NCBI GenBank assembly: GCA_030668825.1
Contig: DAOVET010000027.1
Location: forward strand, 1-31,109
Source of the DNA: Candidatus Heimdallarchaeota archaeon
Lineage (GTDB): Archaea > Asgardarchaeota > Heimdallarchaeia > Heimdallarchaeales > Heimdallarchaeaceae
DNA length: 31,109 nt
Direction of reading: 5' to 3'
Translations under genes and position numbers: made by a program
Shown: in pieces, positions 7,776 to 17,437 of the stretch
How positions within the stretch are numbered: the first letter of the stretch is position 1
Layout: each line of letters opens with the position of its first letter
The notes under the pieces: generated by a model
The model's database searches: none
Told to the model about the DNA's origin: nothing
The model's input: the letters and a program-made list of their open reading frames with translations, nothing else

Positions 7776-9023
7776 TCATCTATTTCTAATCGGAATCACA
7801 TCCCATTCTTCACCATGCCCTGAAATCTCTGCTACTTCTGTCAGCGCAGCATCTAATTCTGGAGATATACCTTCAATTCCTGGATCTATGAATCCTCTAA
7901 TTATTGTTGATAATGCTTTTTCTTCTGTGAAACCCTTCGACATTAAATAGATCAACTCTCCTGGAGCAATTCGTCCAATAGAAGCCTCATGACTCATTCT
8001 AGCACTAGGATTAAGTGCTCGTAAAGCTGGTGTTGCCTCTATCATACCCTCGTTGCTCATCATAAGCCCTGCACAATCAACATGTGCACGACAATTGTCC
8101 CCTTTCCCTATTAGCAAACCTGTTTGAACTATATTCCCTCCTTTGCAAACAGCTCTAGCGCATATCTCTGCTCTACTGTTGTCCCCTTCCATCATTATTG
8201 TCCCTCCAATATCACAATAAGTATTAGGTATACCCAAAATTATTGAAGCATACTTTGCTGAAGCATTATCTCCTTTTAAATGTGTGAATGGATACATCTG
8301 AATTGTTCTTGGAGGGTTGGTCGAACAATATGTACTTATAAATACCCCTCCCTCTTCAACAATGGTACAAGTTCTAGGTCTAATATCAAAGCTTGGTCCC
8401 CAATTATGTATCATTGTACTAACAAATTTTGCATTTTTTCCAACATATATCTCAGAAATAGCTAGGTGCAGACCCTTCTTGGTACCATGCGCTCTTGTAC
8501 ATCCTGTTAGAAGTGTCAATTCTGAATCTTCCTCTAGTATTATAATGTTATGAAGACCTTGTACCCGGGTTTTTCTTGTCATATATAGTGCAGCTTGGAA
8601 TGGTTTATTTATTTTATAGCCCTTTTTTACTCTTATGAAAAAACCTCTTGGAATTGAGTTAGAAATGGCTTCAACAATTTCATCTTCATCTCTTCTTATT
8701 GCTTTGAACCAATACTTTTCTTTCAACCAAATATATTTTTCTAATGCTTCCGCTATTGGGATACACTCAAGTCCTTCAATGAACTGTGTAGTAACAAAAC
8801 CACACTGTCCATAACATAAATAAGTTCCTGAACGGTTACTTTCATCCATAACCATTCCTACCTCTGCCAAGGTTCTAACATCTTTTGCTTTCATTTCATC
8901 TAATGAACGAATCTCAGGTGGAAGATTTTCTTTTAGACTAAGAATATCCTTTTCCTCTATATCTATAATGCCGAATTGCTCTTCGTTGGTTTGTACTTCT
9001 TTGTTATGTCTATTATCATACAT
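7776..9023 (-). CDS. sufB: SufB/SufD-family Fe-S assembly scaffold (SmsB type)
   Basis: GFFIRVKKG, QGLHNIIILEE, TGC, MIHNWG, AHVDCAG, SHEASIG, YLMSKG...IIRGF. Single SufBD gene paired with sufC. Confidence 0.9.
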   Translation of the reverse strand: MYDNRHNKEVQTNEEQFGIIDIEEKDILSLKENLPPEIRSLDEMKAKDVRTLAEVGMVMDESNRSGTYLCYGQCGFVTTQFIEGLECIPIAEALEKYIWLKEKYWFKAIRRDEDEIVEAISNSIPRGFFIRVKKGYKINKPFQAALYMTRKTRVQGLHNIIILEEDSELTLLTGCTRAHGTKKGLHLAISEIYVGKNAKFVSTMIHNWGPSFDIRPRTCTIVEEGGVFISTYCSTNPPRTIQMYPFTHLKGDNASAKYASIILGIPNTYCDIGGTIMMEGDNSRAEICARAVCKGGNIVQTGLLIGKGDNCRAHVDCAGLMMSNEGMIEATPALRALNPSARMSHEASIGRIAPGELIYLMSKGFTEEKALSTIIRGFIDPGIEGISPELDAALTEVAEISGHGEEWDVIPIRNR

Positions 9024-9027
9024 CTAA

Positions 9028-9786
9028 TCACAACTCCCTTTTCCTTCTATTACATCTTACACAATATTCATAACCATGTTGTTGTATCTGCTTCAGCATC
9101 TCTTTTGGATTTCCTGTGCAGACAATATTGCCACCCATCATTAAGTGTGCTTGATTCGCATCAAAATACTTTAGAATATCTCCTGTGTGCGTTATAATTA
9201 ATCCTGTATTTTTAGTACTGATTTGATTTTGGTTCTTTTTTGGTTTTAAAATTTCAGTAAGCATCCCTCCAATTTTCCCTAAAAACTCCGGATCAATTCC
9301 TGAATCTGGTTCATCAAGTATAAAAAACTTAGGTGACGCTACAACCATCTGAAAGATTTCGGATCTTTTTATCTCTCCACCTGATAGATTAGCGTTAATT
9401 TCTCTATCAACGAAGTCTTGCATCTCAAATTTTTCTATTTGTTTAGAAATATAGTCTACCTTTTCAGGATTATTTTTTGAGTAGAAATCAATTATGCTTC
9501 TTAATTTTACACCTTTAATTGTGGGTGGTCTCTGTTGGGCTAAACCAATTCCTAACCTAGCTCTTTCATCAACTTCTAGATTAAGCAAATTTTTTCCTTC
9601 ATATATTATTTCACCCTTAGTTACTTTAAATTGAGGATAACCGATAATAGTCATAATTAATGTGGTCTTACCACTTCCATTTGGACCAAAAAGTACATGA
9701 ACTTCTCCATCGAGTATTGTTATATTCACATTATGCAAAATCTCTTTTCCTTCAACTGAAACATGAAGGTTCCTAATATCTATCAT
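9028..9786 (-). CDS. sufC: SufC-like ABC ATPase (SmsC type) with C-terminal CxxC
   Basis: GPNGSGKT, ERARLGI, LSGGEIKRSE, LDEPDSGID, IITHTG, terminal GYEYCVRC; GGGTGA SD. Confidence 0.92.
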   Translation of the reverse strand: MIDIRNLHVSVEGKEILHNVNITILDGEVHVLFGPNGSGKTTLIMTIIGYPQFKVTKGEIIYEGKNLLNLEVDERARLGIGLAQQRPPTIKGVKLRSIIDFYSKNNPEKVDYISKQIEKFEMQDFVDREINANLSGGEIKRSEIFQMVVASPKFFILDEPDSGIDPEFLGKIGGMLTEILKPKKNQNQISTKNTGLIITHTGDILKYFDANQAHLMMGGNIVCTGNPKEMLKQIQQHGYEYCVRCNRRKREL

Positions 9787-9866
9787 TATTTCACCCTTAA
9801 TTATTTCTAAATGTCACTTTTTAATTGTAAATACAAATTTGAAACCTATTGTAATGACACCATAAA

Positions 9867-9882
9867 TTTTGGCTTACCGAAA
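9867..9882. promoter_or_regulatory. Fourth, degenerate copy of the DtxR-type operator upstream of sufC
   Basis: TTTTGGCTTACCGAAA, 13/16 to the feo boxes. With flanks, 9862-9886 matches 4293-4317 at 21/25. Confidence 0.75.
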
Positions 9883-10129
9883 CTTTATTTTGTCTATTTA
9901 TTAGTTTAACTAAAAGTACTAAAAACTAATAACTGTTTATAATGGAGATTTCACCCCAGTTTATGGAAATAAGTGTATATTCTACGCTTTTCTTTCTTTG
10001 GCTATATTAGTCCCATTAACTGCATATTGATATTTCAGATTTGATTCTAGAAGAAAAAACAACTGATAGACAATTTTTCTACCTGTATAATCACTTTCGT
10101 CAAATAATCATGCTAGAATTAGAAACTTA

Positions 10130-11092
10130 TCATCTTTCTAAATCTATTTCAAATTGTTTTATAGATTCAGGTATACCATCATCCTTTGTTATTTTCATAA
10201 ATTCTGTTCCGATTATTCCAGCTATTAGTTGTCTTTCTGTATCTGGTGCATTCATAAAAATTAGTCTTCCCCGTGGCATCTCTTTTGCATAGTTATAATA
10301 AGCTATTCTGTGATGATATCTGTCTAAAGGACCAGTTGTGAGAAACACTTCTTCCTTTATTTTCTTTAGTTCATCTATTATATTCAGCTTATTGTTTTGT
10401 AACGTACTTCGTTTGAATTTCCATGGTTGTATACCTCTACAGAATTCTAACATTCTTTCCCTATTTGCTTTATTGTTCATTCCCATTGTGAATAGATGAG
10501 CTAAAGGCATTCTTAATGCTGATAGAATGAACTTGGGTACAACTTTCAGCATAATATTATATCCTGATTTATCATAGACCCATTTAACCATCGGATCATG
10601 AACTACTATAGTTGGAGCTGTGAAATAACCATGAATTAAACCTTCCAAAACAATTGTTGAACCATAGCTTGAACCGTATAAAACAAAGTCTTTATCTTTT
10701 AATCCTAAGTTTTCAATTGCTTGACCTAAATCTTTTGCGGTTTGGTTCACAGTCATTGAAGCTTTACGAGGTTTCTTAATTCTACTAGACTTTTTTTCTC
10801 TTGTTTCTAGATAATAATACTCACCAAACCCCTGATGCGGAACATGAAAATCTACCCAAGAAATTGGAGCAGCAACATAACCAGGAACAAAAATTACTGG
10901 TCTCTTTGTTGTAATATTATCTGGTTTATGATGAAATACTCTCAGTTCTCCATCATCAATCGGAACATAGGTAATATCTGATGCTCCTTCATCTAGAAAA
11001 GTAGGAACAGCTCTTCTACCCTGCTTTAGGTATTTATTTATGGTTTCTTTCTGTTCTTTAGTATGTGAAAAAATTTCTTCTGATGTACGCAT
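10130..11092 (-). CDS. Alpha/beta hydrolase-fold protein
   Basis: PVIFVPGY strand, G-S-S-Y-G nucleophile elbow, later GPLD acid-like motif. Confidence 0.75.
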   Translation of the reverse strand: MRTSEEIFSHTKEQKETINKYLKQGRRAVPTFLDEGASDITYVPIDDGELRVFHHKPDNITTKRPVIFVPGYVAAPISWVDFHVPHQGFGEYYYLETREKKSSRIKKPRKASMTVNQTAKDLGQAIENLGLKDKDFVLYGSSYGSTIVLEGLIHGYFTAPTIVVHDPMVKWVYDKSGYNIMLKVVPKFILSALRMPLAHLFTMGMNNKANRERMLEFCRGIQPWKFKRSTLQNNKLNIIDELKKIKEEVFLTTGPLDRYHHRIAYYNYAKEMPRGRLIFMNAPDTERQLIAGIIGTEFMKITKDDGIPESIKQFEIDLER

Positions 11093-11238
11093 TTTCTCTT
11101 CTAATCCGAATTAATCAGCTAATATTTAATTTTACCCCTATCAAAACAGTATCTTAATATCCAAAAAAACTCTAAAGGAATAAAATAATATTTTATAGTA
11201 ATGAATCAATTTATATAAGTCTGTGTGATTTATGTTTT

Positions 11239-11290
11239 GGTTGTGAGTAATTTGTTTTATTTCTCACAACCCTCCCTCCCTCAAAATTTT
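11239..11290. other. Stable hairpin followed by a C-rich tract (terminator or candidate sRNA)
   Basis: GGTTGTGAG (11239-11247) pairs with CTCACAACC (11263-11271), then CTCCCTCCCTC. TTTATATA lies at 11210-11217. Confidence 0.5.
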
Positions 11291-11804
11291 AGCGCTTTAA
11301 CTCCTTTTTAACTGAATCTTGTATTAGTTTTTTGTTTGATTTCTTCTTAAGAACCCATGTTTTTTCTGGATGTATATTGAGAAGATTCTTTGCTTTGTCA
11401 ACTACATCTATTTGAACTATCATTATCAAGATTTTTCCTTTTTTGTCTCGAATGCTCTCTATCAATTGATTAGTTGCATTGTACAATCCTTTTTTGTCTC
11501 TCTCCAATCTTCCAAACTCATCGATGATTATTAGCTTCGAATTGACAGCTGTTTTGATAGCCTGTTCTGCAAACTTAATTGCTTTTTCAGATATTACATA
11601 ATCCCCTATTCGTTCCTTAATAGGGCTATTTTCAATATAATAATCACATTTTGCTCTATTTTGTAAATTAACAAATGCCTTCTTTTCATCACCTAGTGTT
11701 AAGACTCCGCCGATGGAAAAAGAATCTTTTAGATCTTCAATTATTTCAAGTAAAAATGTTGTTTTGCCAATGTGCCTTCTACCAGTTATTATAAAAAAAC
11801 GCAT
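11289..11804 (-). CDS. P-loop nucleoside triphosphatase (NTPase_1/THEP1-like)
   Basis: ITGRRHIGKTT Walker A, GGVLT, IGDY, LIIIDEFGRLE Walker B. Confidence 0.82.
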   Translation of the reverse strand: MRFFIITGRRHIGKTTFLLEIIEDLKDSFSIGGVLTLGDEKKAFVNLQNRAKCDYYIENSPIKERIGDYVISEKAIKFAEQAIKTAVNSKLIIIDEFGRLERDKKGLYNATNQLIESIRDKKGKILIMIVQIDVVDKAKNLLNIHPEKTWVLKKKSNKKLIQDSVKKELKR

Positions 11805-11822
11805 TGAATCAGCTTCTACAAC

Positions 11823-12464
11823 TTATTCCTTCACTATAATATCTCGCCATGATTCAAGAATATGAACAAACCCTTTTGCCCCTGCATCTACTACATTAGC
11901 TTCTTTCAGAACATCTAGCATTTCTTTAGTTCTTTCTAGACAATCCCAGCTTGTTTCGACTAGAATATTGATAAAATCTATCCAATTGATTTCAGGATTT
12001 TGAGATATAAGTTCAACAGCTTTATCTGTTACTTCTTTCATAACAGTCAAAATTGTTCCTTCAGTTGGGTTAAGAACAGATTCATATGCAAATTCTGTTC
12101 CATCCTTAAGAGCTTCTGTGAAAGTAGCAGGAGTGACTTCTTTCGCAGTGTCCAGATAATCAACAACACCTATAAGAAATTGAGAATAGATGACACCAGA
12201 ATTACCTTTAGCTCCAACAAAGCTTCCCTTACTTATAGCTTGGAAAATCTTCTCCCCATTTCCTTCTTCAACTAAGTTCACTTCATCAACAATAGCTCGT
12301 AAGGTGTAATAAATGTTAGAGCCAGTATCTCCATCAGGAATTGGAAAAACATTAATAGCATTGATATTTTCTTTCTCTTTAGCAATTTGTTCGTGACTTT
12401 CTATCATCATATCTTTGAAAAGAATTGGATTAAGCGAATGAACTTTTCCTAGCATAGCTCTCAC
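11823..12464 (-). CDS. Stand-alone DAK2 (DhaL/FakA N-terminal-like) domain protein
   Basis: INVFPIPDGDTGSN, GAKGNSGVIYSQ, PTEGTILTV, VVDAGAKG. Confidence 0.88.
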   Translation of the reverse strand: MRAMLGKVHSLNPILFKDMMIESHEQIAKEKENINAINVFPIPDGDTGSNIYYTLRAIVDEVNLVEEGNGEKIFQAISKGSFVGAKGNSGVIYSQFLIGVVDYLDTAKEVTPATFTEALKDGTEFAYESVLNPTEGTILTVMKEVTDKAVELISQNPEINWIDFINILVETSWDCLERTKEMLDVLKEANVVDAGAKGFVHILESWRDIIVKE

Positions 12465-12591
12465 ATTATCTGTAGGGTATTCTTACCTCTTTGTTTAAAA
12501 AGCTTATTTTACGAAGAAAGAACAAAAAAGAGTCCTATCGTCAATTTTAAGAACAATACATTTGGAAGTGTGAATGTTAATGGTGAACTAA

Positions 12592-13782
12592 TTGGTAGAG
12601 GAAGGTCACTGGGGTATTTACAAAAACATAGATAATATGCCTTTAGAAAGGTTTGATTCGTTCAGAACTATAATTAATGAGTTCAACACAAAAGTGGGTC
12701 ACATAACACAATTTTCTCCTATTAGAAGCAAGAGACCATTTGAACATATTAATGAGAAAGTAGAAATTATTCATTCTCCTAAGGATGATTCTTTTTGTAA
12801 AGTAGTTGAAGGGATTCTTCCTGCAATTCTTCTTTCAAAGGATTCAGAAAAAGGTGAAGATGCACTAAGCATAAATTCTGCTAAAACAAGTCTAACAAAT
12901 CATATTGCTATTTCCATTGTCAACTTGTTTACACCTATGGCAAGGGTTCTGTACGATAATGTGCAGCAAATAACATCTATTCAAGATAAAAGTGTTGGTA
13001 TAGGATTAGTTCATCTTCTTACTAACCATTATGATACTCTGTCTGAAGTACCTATCCCCGAAGTTGAGAAACTTCTAATCACAACAAGATTAGCTCAAAG
13101 GAATTCCATATCTGAACTTAGGGAGAGATACAAAACAGAAAAACTAACTGTTCTACATTTCTTTAATATCGGTGAAGAAGCAGGAGCAAGTATCTGTCAT
13201 TTACATTCACAAACTTATATTTATGCAAACGAAATTGGACATGGTTGGACTTCTCTCGGTTTTTTAAGTGTTCCTGGTTATCATAAGAAGCTAAAGAATA
13301 ATATGAATTATTGTCTTGCATGTGAGCTATCTAAAGGAGCTGAAAAGATTATTGATCCAATAGGTCAAAATATACTTCTCAAAGAGAGAAAAGTGTTTGA
13401 AAATGATGATTGGCTAGTAGTAACTGCTTTTTCACCTGAAAGAGATGGGCAACTCAGAATATTTCCAAAAAGACATGTTTCACAATTTATCGATTTAGAC
13501 AATAAACAAATTGCTGATTTGGCGGAAGCCCTCGTTATTGCTAACAAGGCTCTTGATAACTTCATTAAAGGAACTAGCTTAAGTATGCATTTATTACAAG
13601 ACAGAAATATTCTTTTCAGACAAGATAATGTTGGTTATGATTCAGGAATGCACTTAATCATAGATATTATTCCAATACAAAGAATAGGTGGAGCAGAAAT
13701 TATGGAAACCTATAGAATTGCATCAATGTTTCCAGAAGATGTAGCTGCTGTCATGAGGGAAAGCTTAAAAGAAATTAAATAA
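12592..13782 (+). CDS. GalT/HIT-superfamily nucleotidyltransferase (GalT-like)
   Basis: RSKRP near the N-terminus, FFNIGEEAGASICHLHSQ (GalT HxHxQ), CLAC, ERKVFENDDW, IFPKRH; GGTGA SD before the TTG. Confidence 0.8.
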   Translation: MVEEGHWGIYKNIDNMPLERFDSFRTIINEFNTKVGHITQFSPIRSKRPFEHINEKVEIIHSPKDDSFCKVVEGILPAILLSKDSEKGEDALSINSAKTSLTNHIAISIVNLFTPMARVLYDNVQQITSIQDKSVGIGLVHLLTNHYDTLSEVPIPEVEKLLITTRLAQRNSISELRERYKTEKLTVLHFFNIGEEAGASICHLHSQTYIYANEIGHGWTSLGFLSVPGYHKKLKNNMNYCLACELSKGAEKIIDPIGQNILLKERKVFENDDWLVVTAFSPERDGQLRIFPKRHVSQFIDLDNKQIADLAEALVIANKALDNFIKGTSLSMHLLQDRNILFRQDNVGYDSGMHLIIDIIPIQRIGGAEIMETYRIASMFPEDVAAVMRESLKEIK

Positions 13783-13804
13783 GCCCCATATTGGAGTAAC
13801 AAAC

Positions 13805-14947
13805 ATGGCAAATAGAGGGTCTGTACCAGCAGTTTTCATTTTACATGCATACCAACCTATTACACAAAAGAGAGAGGTTCTAGATAGAATCATAAATAAT
13901 TGTTATATTCCATTCTTTGAGAATCTATTAATAAATAAGCACACCAAAATTACTCTAAATATCTCTGGATGTTTGTTGGAAAAATTAGCAGTTGATTATC
14001 CAGATGTTTTATCGTTAATTGAGAGAGCTATTCTAGCTAATCAAATCGAACTAATGGGATCAGCTTTCTACCATCCCATTTTACCTTTGATTTCCATTGA
14101 TAATCAAAAATATCAAATAGGGAAGCAAAAGGAGTTTAGTCACAACATTTTAGGGGGTAGTACAAAGGTATTCTTCCCCCCCGAATTAGCTGTTTCTGAA
14201 GATATCATTCCTCAACTTATCGAGAAGAAATACGAAATAGTAGTAGTGCCAGAAAATAGCTATTTCCAGCTAGTTGGAGGAAATTATTTTCTGGAAAATG
14301 GCAAGAGCATATTAACTATTAAGCGAGATAAAGTGATTAGTAACAAGATTTCTTTTGATCATTTTAAGAGAGATGTTACTTTAGGATTGAGAGAACTTCA
14401 GATTAAATATAAAATGAGGGATTATCCTATTATCCTTGCCATGGATTTAGAAACATTTGGAGAACACCATGACGAATACTATGAATTTTTCTTCGAACTA
14501 GCAGCTATGGTAGATACTCTTACACTCTCTGAATGTGCAGAAAAATATCCAATCACTAGAGTTATTACAGATATTACTCCTTCCTCTTGGTCAACTTCTG
14601 AAGAGGATTTAGAGGATAATATCCCCTACCCACTCTGGGATCATCCTGCAAACCCAGTACATCAGCTGCAACATACTCATTTGAGATTGCTGGATCAAAT
14701 AAAGCAATATCTGACGAATGGGGATTGGCTAGATGACTATCATGCAGCGAAGTATTCATGCCAGTTTTGGTGGGCATCTCGATATAGTTGGGGACCAGAA
14801 TTAATTCATACTGGTCTCAAATATCAGCGAAATACTTTAGGTAAAATGATAGAGTATTTATCAGAGGATTCGCAACAAATAATTTTTAACCTATCAAATG
14901 ACATAATCAAAAGAATAGTAGATATTGTATCAAAAATAGAGGAATAA
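13805..14947 (+). CDS. Glycoside hydrolase family 57 protein (amylase/glucanotransferase-like)
   Basis: HAYQP, YHPILPL, FFPPELA (nucleophile Glu), MDLETFGEHH (acid/base Asp), SSW, SCQFWW. Confidence 0.88.
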   Translation: MANRGSVPAVFILHAYQPITQKREVLDRIINNCYIPFFENLLINKHTKITLNISGCLLEKLAVDYPDVLSLIERAILANQIELMGSAFYHPILPLISIDNQKYQIGKQKEFSHNILGGSTKVFFPPELAVSEDIIPQLIEKKYEIVVVPENSYFQLVGGNYFLENGKSILTIKRDKVISNKISFDHFKRDVTLGLRELQIKYKMRDYPIILAMDLETFGEHHDEYYEFFFELAAMVDTLTLSECAEKYPITRVITDITPSSWSTSEEDLEDNIPYPLWDHPANPVHQLQHTHLRLLDQIKQYLTNGDWLDDYHAAKYSCQFWWASRYSWGPELIHTGLKYQRNTLGKMIEYLSEDSQQIIFNLSNDIIKRIVDIVSKIEE

Positions 14948-14949
14948 AA

Positions 14950-16416
14950 ATGAAGATAGTATTTGTTTCTGCTGAAGTTGTACCTTATTCAAAAACAGGT
15001 GGATTAGGAGACGTTTCATCTGCTATACCAAAAGCAATGGAACAACTTGGACATAATGTTAGCATATTCACACCTTTGTACAAAAGCGTAGATGTTGAAA
15101 AACATAATATCAAATTAGTTAAGAAAGATCTTCTAGCACCTATTGGTGATAAAGTAGAAGTTATTTTCGATTTATATGAAACTACTCATCCCGATAGTGA
15201 AATCCCTGTCTGTTTCATAAAAAACACTTATCTTTATCGCGATGGCATTTATGTTGGTGAGGATGGTGAGGATTATCCAGACAGTCCCATTAGATTCATC
15301 AGCTTTATGAAATCAATTTTTATCTCTTTAGAGCTACTAGAAACACCTATTGATATATTCCACGTAAATGACTGGCACTCAGGATTATTACCTTTCTTCT
15401 TGAAGACCGAGTACGGAGAACATAATTTATTCAAAAATGCTAAATCTGTTTTTACCATCCATAATATTGGTTACCAAGGAGTATATAGTTTTGAGACAAT
15501 AGAAGATGCAAACATCCCTGAAATATATCTGAATGACGATCTTTTAGGTTTTCATGGTCTTATTAATTTCATGAAAGCTGGTATTGTGTATACTGATGTT
15601 CTCACCACTGTAAGTTCAAAATATGCTGAAGAAATTCAAACTAAGCAATTTGGATATGGGTTGGAGAAAATCATCAAAACAAGAAAAGATGATCTTTATG
15701 GAATTGTTCATGGGATTGATCTTGCTGTATGGAATCCAAAAACTGATGAATTAATTCCAAAAAATTATGATTCTAGGAGTCTCAAAGGTAAAGAAGATTG
15801 CAAGAATTATCTTCAGGATAAGCTCAATCTGGATGTATCAGATAAACCTCTATTAGGTATAATTACAAGATTAGCAACTCAGAAAGGTCTTGATTTAATT
15901 TTAAAGAAATTCACTAAAATTATGAATCTTGGTGTTCAGTTTGTTCTACTGGGAACAGGAGATCCAAAATTAGAGAAGAGCTTCAAAAATAAAGAAAAGA
16001 AATATCCTCAAGATTGCTCAATTAACATCGAATTTGACAATAGGTTAGCTCATCAAATCGAAGCAGGGTCAGATTTCTTTCTTATGCCAAGTAAATACGA
16101 ACCATGTGGGTTGAATCAACTGTACTCCATGCTCTATGGAGCTGTTCCAATAGTCAGGAAAACTGGAGGGTTGGCGGATACAGTTCAAGATTACAATGAA
16201 GAAACAGGAGAAGGATCAGGTTTTGTGTTTGAAAGAATTAATGCTGATCATTTCCTTGAAGCTGTTGAAAGAGGAGTAAATCTCTACAAACAAGACAAAA
16301 GAAAGTTTACAAAATTACAAAAGAACATAATGAATAAAGACTTTTCATGGAAAAACGCAGCTAAACAATGGCAAAAAGTTTATTTGAAAGCAATAATTAA
16401 GAAAAAGAAGAAATAG
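14950..16416 (+). CDS. glgA: Glycogen/starch synthase (GT5)
   Basis: KTGGLGDV, HVNDWH, FTIHNIGYQG, RLATQKG, PSKYEPCGLNQ, TGGLADTV. Confidence 0.96.
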   Translation: MKIVFVSAEVVPYSKTGGLGDVSSAIPKAMEQLGHNVSIFTPLYKSVDVEKHNIKLVKKDLLAPIGDKVEVIFDLYETTHPDSEIPVCFIKNTYLYRDGIYVGEDGEDYPDSPIRFISFMKSIFISLELLETPIDIFHVNDWHSGLLPFFLKTEYGEHNLFKNAKSVFTIHNIGYQGVYSFETIEDANIPEIYLNDDLLGFHGLINFMKAGIVYTDVLTTVSSKYAEEIQTKQFGYGLEKIIKTRKDDLYGIVHGIDLAVWNPKTDELIPKNYDSRSLKGKEDCKNYLQDKLNLDVSDKPLLGIITRLATQKGLDLILKKFTKIMNLGVQFVLLGTGDPKLEKSFKNKEKKYPQDCSINIEFDNRLAHQIEAGSDFFLMPSKYEPCGLNQLYSMLYGAVPIVRKTGGLADTVQDYNEETGEGSGFVFERINADHFLEAVERGVNLYKQDKRKFTKLQKNIMNKDFSWKNAAKQWQKVYLKAIIKKKKK

Positions 16417-16516
16417 GCACTCTGGTAGGTTTAAATCCTGTGATATTTTTCTTTGGAGGTATTTGTTCAATTTTCAGACCAAACACTTATTATTTCTCAA
16501 GAGAACAACTATTATT

Positions 16517-17437
16517 ATGAGAAAATTTCTTTTTAGAAAAATTTATGTCTTCATAGTTGTGCTGTTATTATTGTTTGGAATCAACTCTAGTACAGCAAGT
16601 TCCCTTTGGAATTTGAGTTATGATTCTTATAGCTACACAAGGATTTCGGAATGGACCAGTTATGATCCTGCAATCAATATCCATGATGATAACTATACTG
16701 AAAATATAGTTTATTTCTATAACATTACACAAGGGGAAACTTCTTTAATATTCAGGACGAATGATTGGCAAAATGTCCTTCGATTTGTCCATTGTGAAAC
16801 TCCTGAATGCTATGAAGCAGTACTAAATGCATTTGGATATGATAATGTAACAGACACATTAGAGTTAGATCTACGATATTCTGATTATGAAGAAATTCTA
16901 GCTTTCTATATTGGTGGACGTAATCCTTATTACGGATTGTACTGCACTTTACCATTTGATCTTTTAGAATTTATCACTATGATGAACACTTGGATGGGGC
17001 TATATGGATGCTTTCTACCAGTACTATCAAATATGTGTAATTTCACATATAACATCACTCAATACGAATTAAGATACGAAGAATTTTCATTAGAACACAA
17101 GACATCTTTCAGACATAATAGAAAGAAACTTGAAGGTGATTCATTCGAAATTGAGTTTAAAAGAAACTTGCATAATGAAAGCTATTCCGAAAATAAAGTT
17201 ATCCTAAAAATGATGAATCAAGGCTTATTATGCTATTTTGAATTCAGAACCAAATTATTTGATGAGTATCATGATAAAATATATGAAATTAAAGATACAA
17301 CTTTTAGTTTTTCTTTAAACTCTGGGTATGAAGATTTCGCAGTTGTTACTCCTTTTGAAGTTTTAATTGTTTCAATGATAATATTGAGCATATCTCACCT
17401 ATATAAAAAATCCAGTGAGAAAAAAAGAATGTATTAA
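16517..17437 (+). CDS. Hypothetical secreted protein with a C-terminal TM anchor
   Basis: ATG 16517 gives a signal peptide (MRKFLFRKIYVFIVVLLLLFG); the ORF track starts at 16463. C-terminal TPF plus a hydrophobic helix and basic tail. Confidence 0.7.
   Translation: MRKFLFRKIYVFIVVLLLLFGINSSTASSLWNLSYDSYSYTRISEWTSYDPAINIHDDNYTENIVYFYNITQGETSLIFRTNDWQNVLRFVHCETPECYEAVLNAFGYDNVTDTLELDLRYSDYEEILAFYIGGRNPYYGLYCTLPFDLLEFITMMNTWMGLYGCFLPVLSNMCNFTYNITQYELRYEEFSLEHKTSFRHNRKKLEGDSFEIEFKRNLHNESYSENKVILKMMNQGLLCYFEFRTKLFDEYHDKIYEIKDTTFSFSLNSGYEDFAVVTPFEVLIVSMIILSISHLYKKSSEKKRMY

Noticed and set aside
8280-10292. Short + strand ORFs (8280, 8317, 8976, 10041)
   Set aside because: They overlap sufB, sufC or the hydrolase antisense and carry no motifs.
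12000-16955. Short ORFs at 12000, 13365, 14574, 15273 and 16752
   Set aside because: Antisense shadows of longer supported genes.
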